Origin: a virus
Strand: one strand, 5' to 3'
IMG/VR virus record: IMGVR_UViG_3300047489_000453
Span: 72,788-136,787 of that record
Length of the DNA: 64,000 bases
The notes under the pieces were generated by a model. The model searched no databases, had not been told where the DNA came from, and saw only the letters and a list, made by a program, of their open reading frames with translations. The position numbers and the translations under genes were made by a program. Of this stretch, positions 56,306 to 64,000 are shown one piece after another; position 1 is the stretch's first letter; every line of letters starts with the position of its first letter.

Positions 56306-57949
56306 TTATTCGTCGTCAAATGATGAAAGACTATGACTGCTTTTTCTGGTAGGGGCCACTCCAATGGAGGCGCCAGCTATTCCAGCCGGAGCAAACCCGT
56401 CGTGGTCGTCTATTACCCAGCTATTATCTATTTCAAAGTTACAGGTATGGCTGTCAAACCTTATGACCGCATGGTTTTTGGATTTAAACTCATCATTTCT
56501 AAGCTTTGAGGCATCAAATCTTTGCACACCGCTGGTTGGATGTTTGCTGCCAAGGCAGAATACCCTGTGACAGTTTTCGGCAAAGTCTTTACACTCAGAG
56601 GCTTCAGAATGGTGAATAGGGACTCCAGGTTTTATTTTTGTAGCGGCTCCGCTGAGCTGCTGTAGTATGAAGGCGTGGCACTTGTATTTGTTACAAATTT
56701 CTAGAGATATCTTTTCGGGAATAGCCCTAATATAGTGCCTAAGGTTATTAAAATCAGTTCCGTTCATGTGTCTTTCAGCCATAAGCTTGGCGTAATCAAG
56801 AACCAAGACACCAAGATCAGCCTTTGATGACTTCATGCAATGATTAATCTGGGCCGAAAGCTCGTCTATATACCCCTTGCCTTTATGCCTTGGATTTTCG
56901 CCATTAAGGGATATTATTCTGCAGTGCTTGGACAGAAGCTCCTTGGCTTCATTAAATCTTTCAACTTCTGGTTTCTTTAGGAAAGAATCACTTATAGACT
57001 CATATTTCTTTATCTCGTAGTCCCTATAGCTGTCTCTTGTGGAGAGCGGCGCATTCGATGTGACGTGCTCAATTATATGCTTTACAGGTATTTCCGCCAT
57101 GCTAGCCAGAAGTCTAAACCTTATGCTGTCAAGGCTGTCCTCGTAATGAACCAAGACGCCCATCTTTGGCTTATACTCCTCTCCTGATGTAGCGGACTTT
57201 ATTCTTCTGTAGTTTTCCTGCTTACAGAAGCTGGTCACTATGCTGATGCCTATCCATGTCTTACCAGTACCAAAGCCGCCTAGAACTCCGTATACGTCCC
57301 CGGCTCTAACGCCGCCAGTCATAAACATGTCTAGATAAGGTATTCCAATAGAATCACCTATTACTATATTTGGCTTCCATACATCAGGTACGACACTGAA
57401 TACGGCTGACGACTCTACGGTTTGTATTTCACTTAATACGTTGGTTATATCCTCTACAAACTTTGATGGTTCTTTAATTACACTTTGAGAAGAATTTATT
57501 GTTGCTATGTTGTTATATATGGCGTCGTGAAACCCTCTTTCAATTAAAAATCTTTTTATAATATCCCTGCAAAGATTCCTGTTCTTCTCTACCTCTCCTA
57601 ATGAATATTCATTCATGGAATTAATTATTGAATAGCAGGCGTCTTTAAGGCTCATCTGATTAGACATCTGATAATTATTTCTGACATAATCATCATCGTT
57701 TACCATAAGTTTTAGGGCTTCTTGATTAGGCCTATCGCCGAAGTCTACCCTGTACATTCTTACGCATTTTACGATAAGCATGTAATGCTTCTCGTCCTCG
57801 GAGAAATACTTGTCCTTTATCAGACCTGAGCACTCTGTGACAAGCTCGTCGTCGCTTATGTAATGCTTGACCATAAAATCTATTGAATCGGCGTCCAGTC
57901 TATAAGCTGCCGCCTTCGACAGCTCGTTGTCTTTTATGCGCCCTGCCAT
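56306..57949 (-). CDS. DnaB-like replicative helicase
   Basis: GGFGTGKT, YE, VLDY, QQL, K.R; next to primase. Confidence 0.8.
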   Translation of the reverse strand: MAGRIKDNELSKAAAYRLDADSIDFMVKHYISDDELVTECSGLIKDKYFSEDEKHYMLIVKCVRMYRVDFGDRPNQEALKLMVNDDDYVRNNYQMSNQMSLKDACYSIINSMNEYSLGEVEKNRNLCRDIIKRFLIERGFHDAIYNNIATINSSQSVIKEPSKFVEDITNVLSEIQTVESSAVFSVVPDVWKPNIVIGDSIGIPYLDMFMTGGVRAGDVYGVLGGFGTGKTWIGISIVTSFCKQENYRRIKSATSGEEYKPKMGVLVHYEDSLDSIRFRLLASMAEIPVKHIIEHVTSNAPLSTRDSYRDYEIKKYESISDSFLKKPEVERFNEAKELLSKHCRIISLNGENPRHKGKGYIDELSAQINHCMKSSKADLGVLVLDYAKLMAERHMNGTDFNNLRHYIRAIPEKISLEICNKYKCHAFILQQLSGAATKIKPGVPIHHSEASECKDFAENCHRVFCLGSKHPTSGVQRFDASKLRNDEFKSKNHAVIRFDSHTCNFEIDNSWVIDDHDGFAPAGIAGASIGVAPTRKSSHSLSSFDDE

Positions 57950-57961
57950 GATACCTCCTTG

Positions 57962-58702
57962 TTACAAAATTAATTTATCTGTATATATGCCCAGCTGTAC
58001 TCTGCTAGTTTTTATTCTCATTGACGCGTTTATGACAAAGGTGCTGTGTAAAGCCCCGCCCCAGGCTGCGTCATATATGTCAGGCCTAAGTGAATATTCT
58101 TCTATGGCCTCCATCATCACGTTGTCTGGAATAAGATCTTCCAGCTGCATCATTAAAAGTATGTTTACTTTGCATATGTCTGGTACTTTGCTTAAAAGCA
58201 CTATGTCTACATACGCTTGTTTTGAGTCTATGAATTTGCCGTAACTAGTCACGCTCATATCTATTATTTTTTTATACGAGTTAAATAGATTTGAGTATTC
58301 CTGGACTATGTCGGTTTTTCTTTCTAAGGCTAGCTTGATAGCTCTAGGCCCATGACAAGAGTTAGCAGAAGGAGGGCCTCCTATCGAGGCATCAAACTGT
58401 GCCCTTATAAGTTCTATGACTAAAAGCCCGGAAGACTCAGCTGACTTGGCTATTTTGGGCCATACAGGCTTATAGTCTTTACCGCTTTTATGTGTTATGG
58501 CTTTACCGTATTTAGGCTTTTCCGTTGACGTGCCGTCGTAGTGCGGAAGATGCCTGGCGCCATAATCACAAATAAAGCCATTGTGAAGTTTGTTGTACCT
58601 GTTCATAAAGGCACAGTAAACTCTTCTGGATTCGGCTGATAGCATCTCTATATTAGTCATCAAACGCTTCTTCCATAACTTCAATACCTTCAATTGATTC
58701 AA
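57962..58702 (-). CDS. Hypothetical replication-block protein
   Basis: 246-aa ORF between the two helicases. Confidence 0.6.
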   Translation of the reverse strand: MNQLKVLKLWKKRLMTNIEMLSAESRRVYCAFMNRYNKLHNGFICDYGARHLPHYDGTSTEKPKYGKAITHKSGKDYKPVWPKIAKSAESSGLLVIELIRAQFDASIGGPPSANSCHGPRAIKLALERKTDIVQEYSNLFNSYKKIIDMSVTSYGKFIDSKQAYVDIVLLSKVPDICKVNILLMMQLEDLIPDNVMMEAIEEYSLRPDIYDAAWGGALHSTFVINASMRIKTSRVQLGIYTDKLIL

Positions 58703-60183
58703 GAGGTTTTTTATTGGATGTAGGAGGTACTTCTTTCCAGCCCATCTTTTTATACGACATTCTTCGACTTCTACTTCTGTTTAAGAATGAGAAATCAAAG
58801 TTGTCCATGCAATCTATTACAAGACCGTGGTTCTTGCCGGATTCGTCGTGTTTTCTGGCCACTCTACCTGGCGCCTGAATATCGACAATCTTGCTTGATC
58901 TGGCGTCTGCCCTTATAAGCACCGATAACTGGGCAAAGTCTACTCCTGTGCTCCACACGTCTGTGCTTATTACTTTTTTTATAGATCCTTTTTCAAAACC
59001 AAGCCTCATACCTTCCCTTCTGGCTGGTGACATTAATGGTTCCGTGGCTGGGTCAATCAGCCCTTTCTTTACGTACCGCTCATAGTCAACTGTGTCCATT
59101 GTGTCATAGCACAAAGAAAACTCTGGAAGGGCTTGTTTAAGATATACAGCGTGTTCAACTGATTTGACCATGATAAGGACTTGTTCATCGTCGCCAAATT
59201 CTCTGGCCTTGGCCGCTATGGCGTTATTCCTATCCTCATTGCGCCATATGCCCCATCTTTCTTTTGGAACACCTGAAAGATCTCCGCAAGGGTTTACACA
59301 ATCAACCTGTATCCACTCGACTCTTATTGGAACAACCAGGTTAGAATCCACCGCAGTACCGTATGACATTTCAAATATTCTTTGGCCAAAGATTGCTTCT
59401 AACAAAAAATGAGCACCGTCCATTCTTCCGTCTGGAGACGCTGTAAAACCAAACTTTCTAGTCTTCAGGTACTTGCCTATTTCGGCTTGATACGAAGGTG
59501 CAACAGCTTCATGCGCCTCATCGTATAGAAGTATATCAGCGCATCCATCCCCGGAGTGGCTTATCTTATGCATGCTGTCGGCAGTTATAACTGTTACCCT
59601 GCCCCATCTGTTACTGCCGCTACCTACCATGCCAATAGTTGGTACAACCTTTGCCAGTGAAGTGTAGAGTCTTTTCATGACGTCTACTCTTCTGGTTACT
59701 ATGTGTATTTTTGCGTTTGGGTACGCCAGGCATATGGCAGAGAACATGAATGATTTGCCAAATCCGGTTGGGGCAACTATAAGCCCGTCCCTGTTTGACA
59801 TTATTGCAGCCAGGCAGTCGTCCTGTCCGTCTCTAAGGGTTATCACAGAAGTCAGCTTATCTATGTCTACAGCAAATGCTGCGCTGTTGTGGTAATCCTT
59901 ATCGAGGTCTGTAACGTTGACAGAGATACCGGAGGATTTAAACTCGTGAATTAGCCTTGGCGTAAAACCTCTTGGACATACAAGATTATTTTTTTGGTCG
60001 TACTTAAATACTGTTCTAACTTCGGACGAAAAATTTCCGCTTTTTCTAAACCCAGCATGGTTAAATGACACATGAGTATAGCACAGCCTGCTTTCTAGTC
60101 TTTTCTTTATGTCTAATGGCAGCTCACCGGTTGGCGAAGATACCTGTAGCAAGGAGTTGCCTATAGTAAAGTTTACCTCCATG
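58653..60183 (-). CDS. Superfamily 2 DEAH helicase (UvsW/XPB-like)
   Basis: APTGFGKS, DEAH, TAS, TGVD, QAPGRVAR; start probably MEVNF at 60183. Confidence 0.88.
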
Positions 60184-60260
60184 TCGCATCCTTCCAATAA
60201 TAAGTATTGAAATGGTAATGGCAATCTATTGACTTAGGTGGGAATAATTATAGACTTAAT

Positions 60261-60336
60261 GCAGCGATTGCTGCACCGCCACCACCTGCGGTGTGAAATA
60301 TCCCCAACTGATTGCCGTCGGTTGGGGAATTTTTTT
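60261..60336 (+). ncRNA. Candidate ~75-nt plus-strand small RNA
   Basis: TTGACT-N16-TAGACT promoter at 60229-60256, two hairpins, then a terminator with T7. Confidence 0.5.
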
Positions 60337-60441
60337 GATCTCGTTTGAGCATTCTATTTCGACTAAGAACGTTAGTCAACGTGGTTAAAAATATTTGTTC
60401 ATAAAAGTTTTAAACCGTTTTAACCAAACCTTTTACATTTA

Positions 60442-61440
60442 CTACTTTTTTATAAAACTAGTAAATGCTTTAAGATCTTCTCTGTTTTTGAAAAAATAAG
60501 AATAGTCAAAAAGCCTTTCCATCCATGGGTTTGGATAAGGATAAATACAATCAAGCCAGGCTAGCCTAAGAAACTTTATGAAATACTTTGTTATTGTTTC
60601 AATTGGCCACTTGTTAAAGTCCATTCCCCATTTATCACAAGCGTATTTAAGTATAAAACAACCTGGGTCAGCTATTTTATTACTTAATAGCTCAGAACTA
60701 TTCTTGTAACTATTGAAGCCATACATCTCGGTTCCGGCCCAGCATATAAGGGCTTCTATTCTTCTTCTGTCTTTATCGACTGTACCTACGTTTCCACATA
60801 GGCCTACCCACGAGAAAAGTTTTGATAACCTGTCGGGCCTGTTGGGGTCTACAAACCATCTGGGGTCGCATATTTTTCCGATTAACGATCCAAGAATATG
60901 TGGCCTTATGTCATCGATGAATGACATATATTTGAATATAGGATGCTTAACAATAAGGGCTTCTATACTGTCATCAATATCTTTTAGCTTTTTTAAAGTA
61001 CTGACTGACAGGCATCCATTCTTTTTAAACTTAGGTTCAATGTTAAGAGCGGACTCTGATAAGTTTGACATTTTATAGACTAGTGACTCGTCATATGTCA
61101 TTTCATGCCATCCTCCGAGTGAAGGAGGCAGCGTGCACAGCCTCATTCTTATCAAAGAACTTTCAGGCCTGCTCTTTTGATGCATGATAGGCGACGCTAG
61201 CTGCAGTGAGTCTATACAGCCTTCAGCTTTAGCATCGTACAGTAACGGTATTATTTTATGGTTAATCGGAGCGGCAAGTACTCTTACCAGCTTAAACCTG
61301 CCGCTCGATTTTAAAGCGTCTACGAATTCTCCCGTACTATCGCTGGTTATTTTTGGAAGTTTATCTCCATCAATAGCCCAAACATTACCGGCCTCATCGG
61401 CTGTAATCTTTAAGTACGAGCTGTCTATTATCTTTGCCAT
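60442..61440 (-). CDS. IS110/Nop-fold-like protein (Tas/Transposase_20-like), N-terminal RuvC-type residues not evident
   Basis: HPIF..MSFI....ILGSLIGKICDPRWF...SKLFSWVGL and KYFIKFLRLAW. Confidence 0.55.
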   Translation of the reverse strand: MAKIIDSSYLKITADEAGNVWAIDGDKLPKITSDSTGEFVDALKSSGRFKLVRVLAAPINHKIIPLLYDAKAEGCIDSLQLASPIMHQKSRPESSLIRMRLCTLPPSLGGWHEMTYDESLVYKMSNLSESALNIEPKFKKNGCLSVSTLKKLKDIDDSIEALIVKHPIFKYMSFIDDIRPHILGSLIGKICDPRWFVDPNRPDRLSKLFSWVGLCGNVGTVDKDRRRIEALICWAGTEMYGFNSYKNSSELLSNKIADPGCFILKYACDKWGMDFNKWPIETITKYFIKFLRLAWLDCIYPYPNPWMERLFDYSYFFKNREDLKAFTSFIKK

Positions 61441-61443
61441 TAA

Positions 61444-63630
61444 TCACCTATATAGTGATATAGTATGATCGCACATTCTTTCAATGGCTTTTTCATGACT
61501 AACTATAAGAACCTGCAAGCCAGACGATTGTGACATGGCTCTTAGCCTGTTAAATGCCATCTCAAGGCATTCTATATTATCATCGTCCAGGCCAACAGTT
61601 GGTTCGTCTAGTACCAAAAGATTTACTCCTGATGCTATTCCAAACTGTACTGCAAGCCTAAAGGCCAGAGCTAGCACTACTTTTTCACCGCCTGAAAGCC
61701 TGGCTGCGGGCAGGTCTCGTCCGTCACTGAACTTAGCCCAAAACATAAGCTCACTATCTGAGTATACCCTAAACGGCGCATTAAAGTCTTCAAGATAGCT
61801 GTTCATTTTTGCAACAGTTTGTTTAAGGTAATTAAAGGCAACCTTTTTAGGAAGGTTAGATTTATGCATCAACTCTTTAAGTGATTCTAGGTAATTTTTT
61901 ACCTCCATGTTTGTCTTAGCTTCCATAAGACCTTCTGCTATTTTTGTTCTTCTTGTCTCAAGAATTTCTATTGTATCTGAGCATCCTTTTATAGCCTCCT
62001 CAGTTCTTATTATCTCGTTGTTATTGCTTCTCACTACATTAATCAAATTAGTAAGCTCTTCTTTAAAACTTATTAATTCCTCGTTAGAAGCCTCTAGACC
62101 GGTATCAGTAATATCCTTTTCAATTGTTTCTTTATTACGCCTGAATATATCAAGACGGCCCCGTTCAAAGTTAATAGTCTTATTTAGTTCATTTATAATT
62201 AAAGAAGCAGTATCGTACTTGGATTTTGTAGACTGGGCTTTATCCAAGGCCACCTTGCAGTCATCACTTGATACTGACGGAGGGTCGGTTAGCTTTGAAT
62301 TTATATCAGACAATGACGCATTTAAACCGGCAATAACAGTGTCTAGTTTTGTTTTTGAGGATAAGTAGTCAGCGTACTCTTTATCAAATTTTCTACTATC
62401 GGCAAAAGCTGCCTTTAGTAAGTCAATCTCTTTGCTTTCCTCATCCACAGAGCTCTGAAGAAGAGATACAGCCTTATCAAGACTGTTTCCTGTAGATTGA
62501 CATACAGGGCACTGTTTATTGGTTAATAACTCTTTTATGCAGGCTTTCTTTGCCTCGTGGGATCCTAGTTTACTATTGTAGTTATTAAAATTGGCTCCAA
62601 CTGCTTCGATATAGGTGGAAGGCTTTGCAGGTCCTTCGCCTAGGGATTCAAGATTCTTAATAGCAGTTTCTATGTTTGACTCTACTATTTTTTTCCTGGC
62701 TATAGCGTCGTCATAAAATTTCCACTCTGATACAAGTGATATGTTGTTATTTATGACATCTATAAGAGCAGAGTAAGACCCGTACTCTGCCACCAGTACG
62801 TCAATATTGGGGCCTGTAGAGGCGTCAAAAACTATACCTAGGTCTTGTAAAGCTTTGCTGGCATTATCATTGAGTACTTTTATAGAAGCCTCAGCGTCGC
62901 TTATTCCTTTAATAAGAACTTGAATAGAGGTGTTATTTTTTATGACTTTGTCAACGATTGCTAGCTCTGTTACAAGGCCGCTATCGTCTCTCTTTAAAGC
63001 CATTAGGCCTACAAGTTTTGTGTTAAGAGAATCCAGCAGCAGCTTTCTTTCTCTTATACCCGTTTCAACATCGCTTATTGATTCTGAGAAGATTGGTATA
63101 TTTATTTTTGTAATTGATTTACCTATCTCGTCATAGCACAGTTCAGCCTTGCTGAGCCCATAGAGGGATTGAAGGGCTGACAGCCTGTCAGACTTTGTGG
63201 CTGTGAACACCTCGAACATCTTCCACTGATCAACAAATATATAATCGTTTAGAATGTCCGGGCTAATACCTATTAGGCCTTCTATGGCAACTTTTATTTC
63301 TTTATCAGAAGTTATAGGTTTTGAGCCGTTTATTGATAATGATTTTTTATTAGGCCTTAGCGATCTAAGTATAGTGGAGACGTCTCCATTATTTGAAAAT
63401 GTTAGTTCTATAAAGCTATCGTCTTTCTCTGAGCAAGTTTTGCTTATGTTATCAAGCATAACCCCTTCGTTTCTTCTGAAGTCTCCCGTCAGAGCCGAGT
63501 ATATGGCCTTGATAGCATTTGATTTTCCTGAGCCGTTAGGGCCGCTTATTGCCACTATGCCATTAGGTATGGACCAGTCTAATTCTTGATGCTGACAGAA
63601 GTTTTTTAGCCTTAATCTTTCAATCTTCAT
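61444..63630 (-). CDS. sbcC: SbcC/Rad50-like SMC ATPase
   Basis: GPNGSGKS, Q-loop, CPVC zinc hook, LSGGE, LVLDEPT, SH. Confidence 0.92.
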   Translation of the reverse strand: MKIERLRLKNFCQHQELDWSIPNGIVAISGPNGSGKSNAIKAIYSALTGDFRRNEGVMLDNISKTCSEKDDSFIELTFSNNGDVSTILRSLRPNKKSLSINGSKPITSDKEIKVAIEGLIGISPDILNDYIFVDQWKMFEVFTATKSDRLSALQSLYGLSKAELCYDEIGKSITKINIPIFSESISDVETGIRERKLLLDSLNTKLVGLMALKRDDSGLVTELAIVDKVIKNNTSIQVLIKGISDAEASIKVLNDNASKALQDLGIVFDASTGPNIDVLVAEYGSYSALIDVINNNISLVSEWKFYDDAIARKKIVESNIETAIKNLESLGEGPAKPSTYIEAVGANFNNYNSKLGSHEAKKACIKELLTNKQCPVCQSTGNSLDKAVSLLQSSVDEESKEIDLLKAAFADSRKFDKEYADYLSSKTKLDTVIAGLNASLSDINSKLTDPPSVSSDDCKVALDKAQSTKSKYDTASLIINELNKTINFERGRLDIFRRNKETIEKDITDTGLEASNEELISFKEELTNLINVVRSNNNEIIRTEEAIKGCSDTIEILETRRTKIAEGLMEAKTNMEVKNYLESLKELMHKSNLPKKVAFNYLKQTVAKMNSYLEDFNAPFRVYSDSELMFWAKFSDGRDLPAARLSGGEKVVLALAFRLAVQFGIASGVNLLVLDEPTVGLDDDNIECLEMAFNRLRAMSQSSGLQVLIVSHEKAIERMCDHTISLYR
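63374..63389. repeat. Dispersed 16-bp palindrome copy (15/16)
   Basis: GTGGAGACGTCTCCAT inside sbcC. Confidence 0.85.
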
Positions 63631-63638
63631 AAGTTCTC

Positions 63639-64000
63639 CTAGAGTTTGTCTTGCTGTTTTACTTCATCGGATATTAGAGATATTTCCTTTCTAAGTTCGT
63701 CTACAGAAGAGGATCTCCACATCCTTATAATGTCTGACACACCTCTGTGTTTGTCTGGAAAACATGAGGCTACGGATTCGCAGAATATGCTGTCTACTGA
63801 GCTGACGGCGACTTTAATAGGGTCGTCAACAGCTTTTATCTCCATTTCAGATTCGTCCATAATAGGCTTGAAATCTAAAAATGCTTTGTCCTTAAACGCG
63901 TAGCACATTGCCTCGTATACGTCGGGCACAGCAGTATTGTAGGTAACTCTTATAATTGGCTTGCCTATGTCGTTTGGTAAAGCCTTGTGAACAAGGGTGC
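63639..64000 (-). CDS. C-terminal part of a probable SbcD/Mre11-like nuclease (5' end outside window)
   Basis: Frame stays open to the window edge (..KPIIRVTY..); directly upstream of sbcC. Confidence 0.55.
   Translation of the reverse strand, partial: TLVHKALPNDIGKPIIRVTYNTAVPDVYEAMCYAFKDKAFLDFKPIMDESEMEIKAVDDPIKVAVSSVDSIFCESVASCFPDKHRGVSDIIRMWRSSSVDELRKEISLISDEVKQQDKL

Noticed and set aside
60190-60441. Multi-unit TIGR array or IS110 element ends next to the Nop-like gene
   Set aside because: No tandem 36-nt periodicity is visible, only one loose unit, so it is not called as a mobile element.
933-63903. Dozens of plus-strand ORFs in the ORF track
   Set aside because: They are antisense shadows of motif-bearing minus-strand genes, with no RBS or family motifs.
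1-64000. Stop-codon reassignment, tRNA genes, integrase
   Set aside because: Genes are intact in the standard code with all three stops used; no tRNA cloverleaf or integrase was recognised.

Overview
This window looks like 64 kb of a large lytic tailed-phage genome (standard genetic code, nearly all genes on the minus strand; host not determinable from the sequence). Right to left it holds: (1) a replication/recombination block at 33-64 kb (SbcD fragment, SbcC, IS110/Nop-fold-like protein, SF2 helicase, DnaB-like helicase, primase, UDG-fused family A polymerase, HNH endonuclease, sigma factor, SplB-like radical SAM, dNMP kinase, RecA, DUF932, HTH protein, ThyX, DEDDh exonuclease, RuvC); (2) a ~620-nt ORF-free, highly base-paired region, a candidate large ncRNA; (3) a probable portal gene followed by a glycosyltransferase cluster; (4) an iteron-rich non-coding region and an array of promoter-gene-terminator cassettes; (5) probable virion or ejection proteins sharing an N-terminal leader; (6) a second glycan-modification cluster and a C39 peptidase. 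The strongest unexplained signals are a 16-bp palindrome (GTGGAGACGTCTCCAC) recurring roughly every 8 kb inside and between genes, the large structured RNA, a Nop-fold protein next to an antisense small RNA, and the shared leader peptide. All family assignments come from motif recognition by eye, not database searches.
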